A stretch of DNA of 64,000 nt from Octopus vulgaris. Its lineage: Eukaryota. The position numbers and the translations under genes were made by a program. Within the stretch, counting starts at the first letter, position 1. Every line of letters starts with the position of its first letter. Where the stretch lies: the NCBI GenBank assembly GCA_951406725.2, contig OX597817.1, positions 120,962,001 to 121,026,000 on the forward strand, in the 5' to 3' direction. Shown one piece after another: positions 37,863 through 51,913 of this stretch. The notes under the pieces were generated by a model. The model worked only from the letters and a program-made list of their open reading frames with translations, did not search any database and was not told the origin of the DNA.

Positions 37863-39073
37863 GATGTTCAAACAAGCAGATGTGTTTTTCTCTCTCTCTT
37901 CTATCTTTTCTCTTTTCAAAAAATGGTTCTCCCAGCATTTACTATTTTCTTTTGTTCTGGTCTAATGACTTGCCATATTTGTTTTTGTTCAGTTTCCTTG
38001 TATGTCTTCACTTTGACCTTCCGTAAATCCTAAATTTTATTTTAGAATTTATGGGAGCAACTGTCTTTGAAAACTCGTATTGAAAATGAGGAGCAGATAG
38101 ACAGCTGACAATTGATGAAGGGTCCTTTCTCTGCATTAACTAGTCTTGTTTTCCATTTTTTTTCTCGTTGTTTACATATTTCACTCTTTTTTCCTTCATT
38201 TGTTTATGTATTTCATGTTATTTGTACCGTTGGGGATGACCTGTACCCATATATGTATATGTGTATGCATGTGCAAATATATACATACATATGGAAAGAT
38301 AGAGAGAGAGAGAGAGTGTGTGTGTGTGTGTGTGATGCAGGAAAGAATGAGAACACAAGAGAGAGGAGGAGACAAATTATGAGTCAGAAAGGACTCATTT
38401 GATTTTATGCTTAATCAAAATGATATGGTTGCTTTTGTTTCTTTTATTTTTACGAAAAATCTTGAAAACTTTAATAATCAACTATGGTAGTATTCTATAT
38501 AATTCTAATTCATGGGTGACTGAGGAGATGAACTGGCAGCTATTGTGTCAGTTTGCCTTTTGCTATTAGCACTGAGCTGTTTAAAATGACCAAAATATTT
38601 AATATAAATAATGATTCATGAAGAGGTGTAATAAAACTAAAACACCTCCAAAGGTCTTATTAATGTTTACTCTACATACCTTCTTCTAATTTTAATTAAT
38701 TGAGATATTGATTGCGTTGTCTGCCCTGCTTGCCTTGAGTAGATGTGCTCATTGATAGTATGCTTACTTTTCCTTATTTCTGATGAATAAAAAAGTCTTT
38801 GATGAATGTAGTTTTCTTATGCATTACTTTATATTAGTGGTTACTTTACTAATTTGGTATTTGATGCTGTTGATAATGTTGCTGTTGTTTAGCCTCAAGT
38901 CTAAGGCACTCTAATTGCAACTATCCCATCTTTTATTCAGGCATGATATATCAAAGATTATACTATTCAATGTGTTCTTTCCTTTTTTAAAATGGAAGAG
39001 TGTGATTTAAAGGAGATTTAATTATTATTTTCTAGCCAGCTTTCTTATTGCTTGCTCAATCAAGATAACACTG

Positions 39074-40751
39074 ACAACAACAATATTATGATAAAGATAA
39101 TGCCATTTAGAAATCAACAACCAAATACATCAAATCAGTATTTTGAATTCTTTTTCATTGATTCGATTAAAAGGAATTATTCACAGCACATTTTAAAGGG
39201 ATTGAGTCATTGTTGAGTGGTTGCTCATGTAAATAGGTATCATAAGGTAAGAGAAGATTAGTGAAATGAGGTGAAAGGAACAAAAATACTTGAGAGACCA
39301 TGAATATTTCACAGAATTAAGGGTCAACCCAATTGGGTTATTTCTGAAAATTTTATCCCCAAAACCTAAAAGTGTAGTCTGTGTTGTGTCTGTATGGAAA
39401 GATAGTTCTCATCTGCTACTCATTTAAATGTGCAAGAAATTGGAATACAATGATTACTTAATGCACTTTATGTATACACTTTATATACTTTATGCACAAT
39501 TTTATAGACTTAATACACAGCACTCATAAAATAAATATTCATTCTTATTTCTCCATTTCCCCAGAACCAAAATGGAATATCTCATACATATGATACAACC
39601 TTTAGTTAAATAGGCATTATCAGCCACGTAAATAAGCACGAATATTTCATGGAATTGCACTTATGTGCATGTGTTAAGTGATAGGTGATATAAAAAAAAC
39701 TTAGTTCAATTAAAAAAAGAATACAATTCACTATTCAGTCACCATTGCCATCCCCACTACCAGTGCCATTTCCATCTCCATTACCACCAACTCTATCTCC
39801 ACCACCACCACCACCATCATCATATCACTCTCCCTCATTTCTCTCTCCCCTCTCTCTCTAGCGTTCTTTAACTTCACCATCAAAACATCACCCCTCTGCT
39901 AAAATTATTGTTTCCCCTACCTCACGTCATGGACGCTACTATAACCCTTTTTCGCTCTGTCTCTTTTTCTCTCTCCATCTTTCTCTTTTCTCTTTTTTTT
40001 CTTTCTCCCTCTTTCTGCCTCACTCTTCACCTTATCCTCTTTTCCTCTTTCCTTTTTCTTTCTCCTCTCTTTCCCTTCATTTAATCACATGAAAGTGTTA
40101 CTATTACATTTCCTCTACCTCACTTCATGGACACTTCTTGCTCCCTCTTTTTCACTCTCCCTCTTTTCTTTCACCCTCTGCTTCTCTAATCATCTGAAAA
40201 CGTTACTGACGGGCTAAGTAATGTCATGACAGGTAGAATTATTATAAAATAACTATCGCAACAGGCAGTACTGAGTTCAGCTTCTACTTTAGGGCCTTGA
40301 AAAGTCAGCTAAAAGCTGACTTAATACTCAACCTCAAGCTAATTTTTTTCTAATTATCCTGGTAAATGATATGGATTTTTATTCTACTGATAGGAAGTGT
40401 ATACTGGCTAGTGGGTGTAGTCTATCCTAAACTAATCAAATCTTGTTCAGGCATGTTTTTCCAGGAAAACAACTTATTCAACTATGTGTGTGTTTCATAA
40501 TAACATACACTTTGCAATTTTTTTTTACCAGGCTTTAAAAAAAATCTAACTTTCTTTTTGACAGTTTGGAAACAAAATATTTCAGTATTTAATCTGTATT
40601 TTTATTTTGTGTTTTGTTTACTTCAAGACAGCAGTTTCTATTCTTCCTGAATAAAACATTAACATTACCTTGAGTGAGGTTTCTATTTTTTTTCTTCAAT
40701 TTTCAAAGAAGTAAATGCATTCAAGTTTTATTATTATTATTATTATTATTA

Positions 40752-40803
<52 letters not shown>

Positions 40804-40939
40804 CACTACTACTACAACAACAACAATATTATGATAATGATAATGCAATTTAGAAATCAACAACCAACACATCAAATCAATATTTTAAATTCTTTTTCTT
40901 CAATTCCATTAAAAGGAAAAATTCATAAGACATTTTAAA
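39074..40939. repeat. Roughly 125-bp direct duplication (39074-39197 and 40817-40939)
   Basis: acaatattatgataa.gataatgc.atttagaaatcaacaaccaa..acatcaaatca.tatttt.aattctttttc...attaaaagga...acattttaaa. Confidence 0.88.
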
Positions 40940-42719
40940 ATATATTCTCTAAGAAAGAGACAAGATTGATTTGTAAATGGATTACAACTTCAATTATATA
41001 AAAAATAAAAACAATCTTGAATTTTAAGATAAATTATCTAGCAAGGTCAAAATTTTAAACTGAAAATTTTTTATAGAAAATATTGAAATATTTAAAAAGA
41101 AAAAAAAATCAAGTATGACATACTAAACCCCAATATATTCATCTTCTTTCTCCACTGTTTGGACTTTTCTTTCATAGGTTAGTGTTTAAAATATCTAAAC
41201 TTATTCTATACAGAAAATTTTCACAGTTAATTCATTTCTTAAAAAATGTCCTTTTCTTTAAAATTTTAATTTTATCTTTAAATAATTTTGATTTAAAAGA
41301 AAACAAAAATTATTATTAAGGAAGTTTTTCTCACGATATATTACAGGTGCTTGTTTTCATCATGTCTAGAATTACAATAGACAAAATTGTCTCTAGGGGA
41401 AAACATATTTTAGATGTAAATATAACATAGCATGGCTGTCTAATAATTTTACTATCTTCTCAATTGTATTTTGAAAATGTTTCAGTGAATTTATTCACTG
41501 GCAAAGGGCCAAAAATTCTGTGGTAAAATGTTTTGATTAAAATTTTTTTCCTGTATATCATAAACACTAGCTTTAAAAAACTAAAGTAAGATATAAGAGT
41601 TGTACATGGATGTAGATAAATATTTAATCTGTGAATCTACAACACTCCAAGACATTTTTTCATGTAAAAAAAGAAGCAGTAAGTTTATTTTCAAGGTTAT
41701 AAGTCATTGGTTTCTGATCTGGTTTCTCCATGCAATAGAAAATGTGTAACTTCTCAGTCTACATTAAACTCATCACACAGGGACATCTACCACAGAGTAG
41801 ACATTCTTTTCAGCCATGAGAGATAGATTACTAAATAATATATTGAAGACAAATTTAAGACTAAGACTTCATTTTTAACACATCAAGGATTTGTGAAGAA
41901 ATGGGAAAAAAACATTCAAATTAGAGTAAGAAGTATTTAGCTTATTAAGTTCTTTCCATTAGGATGGTAGAAATGTTTGTCTTATTTTGAAATATCAAGA
42001 TATAAGTGAAGCTTAATAATATGTTGGCACCTAATTGGAGGAGTTTAGAAAATTGCTTTTCTATAAAAAAGACCTTTAATATATTTTCTATTAAAAAATA
42101 ATTAAGTAAAACAGACAAAAAGAAAATTTATTGAGTAATTCAAATGGAAATGAGAGGGGAAAAAAATTAAATTAGATAACAATTTTCATTTCTAAAACTA
42201 TTAGTCTACTTAAAGATATTGCAAGCTTGAGTGTTTTTCACCAAGGTAGTTCACTGGAACAAGTGAGAGTTTGCTATGTAGGAATGAAACCAAATATTGT
42301 TTTGCAGTGAATTATTATATTACTTGGCCAGGTCTCATCACTGACCAACTTCCAGAGGTTGTTTATGACCAGAAATGATGGTGGATCTCTTTGTGTTTTA
42401 ATTTCCTGATTTTAGAATGAAGTCTGAATTTTTTCCTTTTATAAATATAGTATTTACAAATCCTTCACATAACATATAATTTTCCTCTCCTCTACATATA
42501 AATGATGCAAAAATACCTTATATGATGATAGGAAGAGTCAAACCACATTTTAAATCAAAAATTAAAAAGACAAAGAGATTTGTCACCATTTCAGACTATA
42601 AACAGTCTGTGGCAGCTGTTCAGAGAAGGAACCTGGTTATGTGATAGAATTATTCTACTGCATAAAAGATATTGGTTTCATCCTTACCAAGCAAAATCAC
42701 ATCTGGTTCAGCAGTTTAA

Positions 42720-42905
42720 TATTAGTTTCAGATTTAGGTACAAGGCCAGCAATTTTGAATGGAAGTGGAGTAGTTGATACCATTGATCTTTGAAAGGATG
42801 AAAGGCTAAGTTGTCTTAAAAGTGATTTGAACACAGAACATAAAATGCTGGAAGAAATGTTGCTAAGCATTTTATACAACATACTAATGATTCTGCCACC
42901 AGCTT
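42720..42905 (-). mobile_element. Meta-type SINE (family B)
   Basis: tgaaaggatgaaaggc...atttgaacacagaac...gattctgcca. Confidence 0.82.
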
Positions 42906-43483
42906 CCTTTTATCAGTTTAATAACAACGAAGATATTTTACTAAATTCTTCATTGCTTTCAAAATTCACCGAAACAAAGACAGTGTGTTTCAACAGGAAT
43001 ATGAGGACAAATGGGCTAATGGCTTAGTGAGAGAAAGACAGACAAGAGACATAAGCACTTTTAGGGCATCTATGATTGTTCACTGATCAGATGCTTGGTG
43101 CAAATGCTTGTCACAGAGTAGGCTTCTGCTGCAAGCCACCAATGACCAGGTGATGGGATCAAACTAGATAAAATATTAAGTTGGCCATTCAAGAAGAGGA
43201 ACACTCTGTAACATACTTCCATACTTCCATTCTCTTTCTGTCTTGCAAATTTTAGTTGCAAGAATTTGGATAACCAAAGGCTATGATAGAAGACATTAAT
43301 GCATGGTATTGCACATTGCAATCAAACTTCAAACTATATAGTTGACTGCACAACCATGCCTATAGTGTGAAATTTACTCAAATCTCTCTACCAATTATTG
43401 TTGCTCATGTAAAGATATACAATGTGTTCTATCTTGCATTGATTTGTCATATATGTATACACACACATATGTGTTTGTGTGTG

Positions 43484-43539
<56 letters not shown>

Positions 43540-43779
43540 TATGTCGATCATCAACATCATCATCATTTAATGTCCATATTGTCCATGCTGACGTGGGTTG
43601 GGTGGTTTGACAGGAGCTGGCCATCTGGAGAGCTGCCTTGGTTCCATGTCTGTTTTGGCACAGTTTCTATGGCTGGATTGCCTTTCCTAACACCAACCAC
43701 TTTACAGAGTGTATTGGGTGCTTTTATGTGGCACTGGGCATGTGTATACACACACACACACACACATACAAACACTCAT

Positions 43780-44030
43780 CATTATCATTCTCTAATGTCC
43801 CACATTTCCATGCTTGCATGGGACAAGCAGAATTTCGTTGAGGTAGATTATTTTTCTACAACTAGATACCTCTCCTGTCACCAACCCTTGCCTGCTTCCA
43901 AGAGTAAGGTAATATTTCACCCCCTCCCACGTTTTTGATAGAAGACTGTTAATGATCAGCATCACATGTATGATGGTGATGCTTGTTCACAACCATCACA
44001 TGATGACAAGAGTGCACACAAACACGTACA
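43780..44030 (-). mobile_element. SINE tail 2
   Basis: taatgtccacatttccatgcttgcatggg...cctgtcaccaaccct...aaggtaatatttc. Confidence 0.75.
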
Positions 44031-44035
44031 TGCAC

Positions 44036-44066
<31 letters not shown>

Positions 44067-44223
44067 TATACACACACATGCATTTATTCATGTATAAATG
44101 TGAAAAATAGATCTATACACACACAAGTATGCATATATAAGTATATGGATGTATATGTATATGCACATATACAAGTGTTATGTATGAATATACATATCTG
44201 TATGTATGTGCATATACAAATCC

Positions 44224-44269
<46 letters not shown>

Positions 44270-44356
44270 ATATATATATATATATATATATGTATTCATG
44301 TATGTATCTATATGTATTTATGTGTACATACATCTACCTACACACATGTATATAGG

Positions 44357-44388
<32 letters not shown>

Positions 44389-44910
44389 GTGATAGAGAGA
44401 TAGAGAGATAGATAGATAGATAGTTAGATAGATAGACAGATGCACTCATAATATACACATCATATAAATATATGATTTGTTTCTTTCAAATTCTGAAGAC
44501 AAAGTTAATTGTTAGGGTTATGACTGGCAGATATGAAAAGATAAGTGTGAAAAAAATATGAAACAAACAAAAATGTTATTCTATATGAAATGTTGTCTGA
44601 AGACTTATTGATATATTTCAATATCATATATAACTTACTGATCAAAACATCAGCTATTATTATAACTTGTCAAGTATGCTTAACTTTTTTCATTGGATTT
44701 TTGTTTTCAATTTCTTGCAACATAAAAGATGATGGCACTCAGAAAATGTGTCTCCACAGTTTTAAACCAAAAGTAGATTTGATGGTAATTGGAATAAATT
44801 TCATCTCAATAACCCTTTCTAGTCTAGTTAGATGGAGTTATTAGCTGGTAGAGCATGTGTAGACAAGAAAGGAATCAAGATTAATAAACTTAAGGAGGTT
44901 GTATATGGGT

Positions 44911-45108
44911 GGGAGGAAGGGTGCTGAAAAGTTCCTGGCTTTGGGTAAAAGAAAATACAGGAGGCTCAGTTAATTATGATTTTATCCAACGAATTTCTCT
45001 TTCAGATTCACACACTTATTGCAGCAGTCCTTTACTTTTTCTAAGCCTTCTAAAAGGACTCGAAAGGTTGAGCCTCCAACCAGGCCTTTCGGGATATCTT
45101 TAAAACTT
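44911..45108 (+). mobile_element. Mariner-type MITE, right end truncated
   Basis: gggtgctgaaaagttcctggct resembles a mariner TIR (gagggg.tgctgaaaagtt). Confidence 0.65.
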
Positions 45109-45133
45109 AGAGATACTACTGAACAACTCAGAA

Positions 45134-45302
45134 CAGTGCTGTCTTAAGGCATGAGATCCCAAGGTGGTTGCCCAGGGCCTTATGGGTTTAGGGGTCCCAA
45201 TTCTAATCTGTGTATACTGTGGTCTGTTGTCAGTTAATAACTACTATAGGGCCCCATGCACTGATTTGCCCACGGGCTTATAATGCTGCTAAAACGTTTT
45301 TG
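45134..45302. mobile_element. hAT-type MITE, degenerate
   Basis: Starts cagtgctgtcttaa, gcccagggcc/gggcccc subterminal motifs, decayed right TIR gctaaaacg. Confidence 0.55.
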
Positions 45303-45459
45303 GCTCAGTATTGGCTGTCAGATTTACAATGTTTTGTGATAAAAGCATTCAATTCTTTCAGTAATTCAGACCAATTTATTCAAAATGTATTGTTGTTTTT
45401 ATAGTTGTTGTTGCCCAGATCAAGCAGACACATTAAAAACATTCCAGCCATGATCCTGC

Positions 45460-45673
45460 TGCCAATCCGCCTGAGACCACTCCTTGTTCTGTGAGACAAC
45501 TTTCTGTTTTGAAATGATCTAAATCAACATCATCCATCAAAATTTTATGTTAACTTATATCCAAAACAGAAGCTTAATAATGATAAAGCTATTTTACTAA
45601 ATTTTCATTGGTTAAAAATTAATTGAAACAAAAGCAGTGCATTTCAAGAGAAACATGGTAATGAAAGGATTAA
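45460..45673 (-). mobile_element. piggyBac-type MITE, inverted copy of the 27103-27323 family
   Basis: taataatgataaagctattttactaaattttc...atggtaatgaaaggattaa. Confidence 0.75.
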
Positions 45674-46099
45674 GACAATAGGGCATAATTTGAAGAAGCT
45701 TTGGTTGCTATTTCTAGCAGCTTGAATAGACATTCACTTCTAGTTTATTGCTGTAAAAGCACAGCTGCTATGATGAGTAATCTGTTGGCTTGCTGTAAGG
45801 AGTTCAGTTGTTTCATATGCAACAGAATTACCTATTGTCCAAAGAACGACTTAGACTTGAGCACCAGTCATTTGATTCTTTGTCCTTTATACAAGATTAA
45901 GTTTAGAATATCCATTTCTTTATGAGTCTCATCATGACTCAACAAGTGATATGGAAAGATATTCTTAAGGAATTTCCAGTGGCCTGCTAAAGGTAGACAT
46001 AAAAATGAATTTTTTGCTGAGGATAAATGAATGAGTCAAGACTATTGAAAAGGTTGCAAGATGCAACGAAAATTTTAGGAAAATAAAAATAAGAAATAA

Positions 46100-46850
46100 G
46101 TGGAAATTTTACCGGTGAGTGTGTTACATCATAAGGCACAAAAAGAAAATGATTCTCCCCAGACACAACAGAATATGCTTCAACACACGAACTCATATAA
46201 AGAATTTTGCAAACCAAATCCAAAAACTAAATGAATGAGAATTGTAGTATTAATGCCTTGTTCATTCCAAAGTTATAAGCAGCGTAAATAATGAAATGAA
46301 ATTGCTGCAAATGAGAGTCAAAGATACTGCAAACATGCTGTTTAAAATAAACCATTATTTATTTAAAATTAATAAGCAATAACGATAATTTGGGGACCTA
46401 ATCATATAGATGTTATGGCAAAAACAAAAGTAGATGAATTTGAAAGGGGGTACGAAAATTATTTACATAGATCGTATTCCATATCTATCTCACCCAATAT
46501 CATTTGCTAAAACATATTCAGTCATGGGTAGTAAAAAATACTGAGAAGAATCAATAGATAAACTATCAAAATTTAATCCTCCTCTATCTCAACCTGATTT
46601 ATCATCTTATAAAACTTATCAGTTAGTGAACAATAGAAATATACAAAGATTATTGTTGGCTACATACGGGTCATATTCCTCTAAATTATATACTATCACG
46701 AACAGGTCATATGGAATCACCTTTATGTTCTTGTGGAGACTATTCATAAATTTTATGGCATTATCTATATCTCAATGCAAAAATAATCAGATTGAAAGAG
46801 ATAAAATATTAAAATCAGTTTTCAAAAGATTACCAATGTTAAAGATATAA
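46100..46850 (+). pseudogene. Decayed LINE 3' region with RNase H and zinc knuckle (I/Nimb/Ingi/R1-like group)
   Basis: IIWGPNHIDVMAKTKVDEF at 46385 (RNase H WVPSH..GNE.AD..A motif) and LHTGHIPLNYILSRTGHMESPLCSCGD at 46660-46740 (RLRTGH...CxCG). Confidence 0.8.
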
Positions 46851-48337
46851 TTCATTTTCAAGGATTTACCAACCATTAATAACTATTCTTAGAACCAACT
46901 AAAGTGATTTCACAGAATATACATTTAAACATTTTCTTAATGTTTGTTTTGTTACATTTTATTAAACTTTATTAGTTGGGTATTAGATGCTTTTTTTAAA
47001 GTCTGGCATGACTTTCAAGCATTATACAGATGTTTAAATTAATTATATAGAATATTTAAACCTCTATCATATCTACATCAATTGATTTGCCAGTCACTCA
47101 CCATCAAATATCCTATTCTTGAATGCTTATATGGCACTAAACTGGGCTTGAACTAGGAAAATTTAAACTAAGGCAAATAACATTTTACCCACCAGATTTC
47201 TGATGTATGCATCAGTTGATACAAATATTATTGCCTTGGGTCTTGAAATAACAGTTCTGTAGGCTCCTAGTTAGAATCCAGTCTGGGACAATGTACACAT
47301 CTAGGAATAAATGACCTGATAATAATCCATGATCAAATGGATGGAAATGTGGTGTCGATGTAAATATTTTAAAAAATTGTTGTTTTTTTTACCTCGAAAG
47401 ATGAGAGTTAAAAAAAATTATATTATTTAGTCTGTCATGATCCTCAGGAACCATAAAGCCAGAGCTTAACCAAGTTTCTATGGGGTCTAAGTGGCAATGA
47501 TTACAACTCCCCTCAGTAAAAAATACATAAGTCCATCACAGGGTTATACTATTATTAAGGACAAGCTTATTTTGAAACATTTAGATTTATAATCAAGCCT
47601 TTAATTTTATGAGATAGGTAGAAATCCCCAAAATTCTAGTGAAGCAAACGAACGTTGTAATCTCTACATATGGTGAGCTAATATGGTTTTTTAATTTACT
47701 AAAATTTCACATCCCATGAGAAGAACTAATAATTTTCATCATGATGAACTCTGGTTGACAAAAACAAGGGATACAACAACAGAATTTAAGCTTATTAAAA
47801 ACAGAGTGCTGTGAAGAATGAATCATATTTTTGAAGTGCAGTATCAACTCTGGATAGATTTTACTCCTATCAGACATTATCAGTAGAGCTTTGTCTTTCC
47901 TAATGAGCATTAGTAGCAACTAAGGAAGTAAAATAGCTATAACAGATAATGAAAACTGGTTCTTAGATATAATTTATAGAGATACATCTTGTTATATATA
48001 ACATTTGCACAAAACACTTGTGAGGCTTCACGTACTACACAAGAGATAAAATGTTGTATCTAAGCAAACATGTACACACTCATAGACATATACATATGTG
48101 TGTGTGTATATATCTAAAACTGTATCTTAATGTATCCTCATTAAAAGGAGACAGAGATTAACAGGGAGGTTAATGTGAGTTTTGATGCTCATAGCTAAGA
48201 GTGTTGTTGTTTAACCTGTGGTCAACTGATTGCACAGTATTATTTTCAAATGCACTCCAGTCTTGCCTATCTCATCTTATACACTAAAGTGTATCTCAGC
48301 GTAAATGATAAATTATGTTGTTACATACATACATACA

Positions 48338-48477
48338 AGCGTGGCTGTGTGGTAAGAAGCTTGCTTCCCAATCACATGGTACCGAGTTCAGTCCCACAGC
48401 ATTGCACCTTAGGTAAGTGTCTTCTACTATAGCCTCAGTTTAACGAAAGCCTTGTCAGTGGATTTGGTAGGCAGACG
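48338..48477 (+). mobile_element. CORE-SINE family A 5' half
   Basis: gtggctgtgtggtaagaagcttgcttccca...gtggatttggtag. Confidence 0.9.
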
Positions 48478-48480
48478 TCC

Positions 48481-48900
48481 ATCACACCAATTCTACTGAT
48501 GAACATCAGAGGCCTCTTGTAAAACAACAGCAAGAGCAAAATTGCATACCTGGGGGAACTGTCTGCATGCAGTCAAGCTATATGCATTGTACTCACAGAG
48601 ACTCATCTATCTGTAGACAATCCATTATGCAGAGATACACGTACCAATGTATACTGTGTTCCACACTGACAGACAAGTGAGTAGTCACGGTGGAGTTGTG
48701 ATGTACATCCGTGAAGATGTTACAGCATTGACACTGCTGTTGCATTCAATCCATTCTGCGACACACTCATAGTGCATCTAAAGCAACTTGATGTGGTAAT
48801 ATGCATATTATACCACCCACCTGATGCCTCAAACGACGATGGCAAGTTTGAGGAATGTCCTACAAAAATAAAGGAAGTTCTCACAAACCTAGACCAATGC
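48481..48900 (+). pseudogene. LINE APE-type endonuclease fragment (CR1/L2-like)
   Basis: LLMNIRGL, IVLTETHL, YTVFHTDR..SHGGVVMYIRED, ICILYHPP are canonical APE motifs; one stop and frameshifts. Confidence 0.9.
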
Positions 48901-48915
48901 TTTGGAGGGAACGAA

Positions 48916-49700
48916 AGAGAGTGTGTAAAAGTATATAGATGGAAGAATCAAGGAGTGGCAGGAAAAAAAAAGAGACAGGGACATAGTGAAATGAAAAGTA
49001 AGAAAGGCAAAGAAATGTGAGAGAGTGGGGGAGAGAAAGCAAGAACAAAGTGTGAAAAAGGTTGAAAAAGTTGTACACTTCACTATGTCCCTGTCTCTCT
49101 TTTTTTCTCGCCATTCCTTGATTCTTCCGTCTATCTACTTCTACACACTCTCTCTTGCTCTCTCTCTTCTCCCACTTCTTAATTCTTTTGTTCATCTTTT
49201 TCTCTCTCTTCTCTTCCCATGTAACACATTGGCCAACTGCTAGCCCTTTTGCGTCTGACCATGGTCACTGCCACATCGATATTCTTCCCTCTGCCATAAA
49301 GCTTCATTTCCACACACGCCAGCTGAATTAAATTCGTCCTCAGTCGAAAGACGCCTGTTGTTATGTCCTGTTATTATTATTATTATTGTTGTTTTTATTG
49401 TGTTTCTTTATTTATATTCGTGAAACATTGTCTGTTTTTCCATCCTTGTTTTCGCATACATTTGATGCTTTTTTCCAAGGAATCTAATTCTGTTAGCTTA
49501 GTTTTTCCTTGGGGCTGGCCAGATTGGAGCAATCTCAAGATTAATCAACCGAAATTTTGAGGATGATCCGGCTTTTGACTGAAGATAAAAGGCTTCGAAT
49601 GACCCGTCCTTGTTTTTTTTTATATTGTCTATCTAGATGTTTTGTTGTCCCTTTTTGTATCACCTTGTTGTCCAGATGTTTTGCGTTCTTGTCCCATTAT
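48916..49700 (+). mobile_element. Fold-back element: 78-bp inverted repeat plus probable Penelope-like 3' region
   Basis: Arms 48916-48993 and 49076-49153 (about 8 mismatches); CT-rich body ending in (TA)n. Confidence 0.55.
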
Positions 49701-50561
49701 ATATATATATATATACATATATAAATTCATTTTAAGACAGTTGTGTATGATTTCATAAAGATTTGGCTTTGGATGTAATTTCTAGCAAGCTTAGTCACTG
49801 TGTTGAGGTTTGTCAAATTAAATAGCTAAGACTGGCAGTTGAAACCTAACTGTGAGCTTCATCTCATTAAAGTCTCAGCTTCTAGCATTCATCATTCATC
49901 ATTCTGAAAGAAGTTTAGTATGAAACCAAAGAGTATGCGACAGGTTGTCAGATGTTATAGGAAAGCAAATACATAAATTAAAGCATATTCTGCATCAATA
50001 TTTAATTTGGTCTAATTTTATAGAATCTATAGATTTGTTCATTTATTCATTGTTTATAAATATTCTCCATCATTGTGGTACTCTGATAATGCATTCCATC
50101 ACTTACAATATACGAATGTGTGTGTGTGTGTGTGCATGTGTTTGCATGCGGGTGTTTGTGCGAATGATATTTCGGTCAAGTTAGTCTCTTGCTAGTCTGA
50201 ATTTCACCTTCTGGTGCAAGAGACTGACTCAACCAAAATAAAATGTATTATCAGTCTCTACCATGGTATTGATGAGTACTCTTTTCTTGTTACATAGTGT
50301 GGTTCCAAATGCACAATGTCAAAATAAAAGATGTGATGCACATGGTTGGAACTCATTTGATCCTAGGTCTGTTTGACCAGGAGTTTGTCTAGGTGGCTAA
50401 AAGCAACAATTATGGAACGTCAGTAAGCATTTCTATTCCTACATTCATTTCTTTGTTTCAGACTTTCACCACAGACCAGGATTTGCTTATCTCAAACTAA
50501 TTCAATGTTCTTTTGATTTTGCTGAATAATATATGTAGAAGAAAAATATAAAAATAAAGAA

Positions 50562-50563
<2 letters not shown>

Positions 50564-50612
<49 letters not shown>

Positions 50613-50847
50613 CAAAGCACTGCAAAAAGTTGTTTACCTCTCACTTTCTCTTATTTAGATTCATTTCTATCTTAGTATTGTGAAAAGTATCGCACAATAT
50701 ATTTGTTTTATATATATACATATATATAAATATATATATGTATATATATATATATAAATATATTATATATATATATATACATATAAATATATATATATAT
50801 ATATATATACATATAAATATATTATATATATATATATATACATATAA

Positions 50848-50920
<73 letters not shown>

Positions 50921-51280
50921 ATACATTTTTACTTTGGAGTTTTGTTTCTTGTTTAGAATATTTTTTAAATAGTTGATTCTTCACATGAGCACCATAATTT
51001 TCAGTTGGTAAACAATAATTCTTGCAGATGTAAATTTATTTTTTTGAAGACAAATCTGTCATTTACAAAATCTATTTTATTTTTCACTCTCACTATATAT
51101 ATATATAGATGTGTTACATTTGCATGTGTGTTTTTGTGTGTGTGAGTGCATGTGCATGAGTGTTTTTTTTCTCTTTCTCTCTTTATCTATCTATCTATCT
51201 TTACAGATGTATATATATATATATATATAAATAAGTATATATATACAAATGTATATATATAAATATATATATATACAAAT

Positions 51281-51311
<31 letters not shown>

Positions 51312-51320
51312 CATCATCAT

Positions 51321-51351
<31 letters not shown>

Positions 51352-51370
51352 GTGGTGATATATATATATA
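50564..51370. repeat. (TA)n-rich microsatellite tracts
   Basis: Directly visible. Confidence 0.95.
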
Positions 51371-51374
51371 TATA

Positions 51375-51857
51375 CTGGAGACGCATGCTCGGAGTGTTTA
51401 TATATATAGTCAATGCGGTACGCTACAGCCACGGATGGCGTGCCATATATATATATATATATCACAAGAGGAAATATATATATCTGACTATTTGGTCTTC
51501 GATGTGTATGTGCCCAGGTGCAGATGAGGCTGGCGAAGGCCACGATCGGATGGTGTTTGTTACGGCCCAGAGGCCATCGAGGGTATGGCTACGGGCAATT
51601 CGGATGGTTTTCTTGTGCCACCCATTCCAAGATACAATTCCATTAATGTTCATCTATTTTGATTTGTTTGATTTGATTTTATTTGATGTTGATTTTCACT
51701 TGCCTCACAGGCTTCACAAGTGTCCAGAAGGAAGGTATGCAGGTGGACTATAGTCCAGGTAGGGCCACAGGTATGGCCTGACTAGTCTTGCGGCTTCGGA
51801 TGGTGTTTTATGTGCCACCACACTGGTGGATAGGCTGGCGCGGACATCGATGGTGTT

Positions 51858-51860
<3 letters not shown>
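51375..51860. mobile_element. GC-rich repeat with internal tandem cggatggtgttt units (family E body), scrambled
   Basis: cggatggt/cgatggt motifs repeated about five times, tttga runs; related to 53340-53450 on the opposite strand. Confidence 0.55.

Positions 51861-51913
<53 letters not shown>

Noticed and set aside
49555-49610. CTGAAGA...CGAA as a hammerhead
   Set aside because: No stem II pairing and GAATG instead of GAAA.
51352-51753. GC-rich 133-aa ORF as a host exon
   Set aside because: Composed of tandem repeat units of a retroposon interleaved with TA runs; possibly low-quality assembly.
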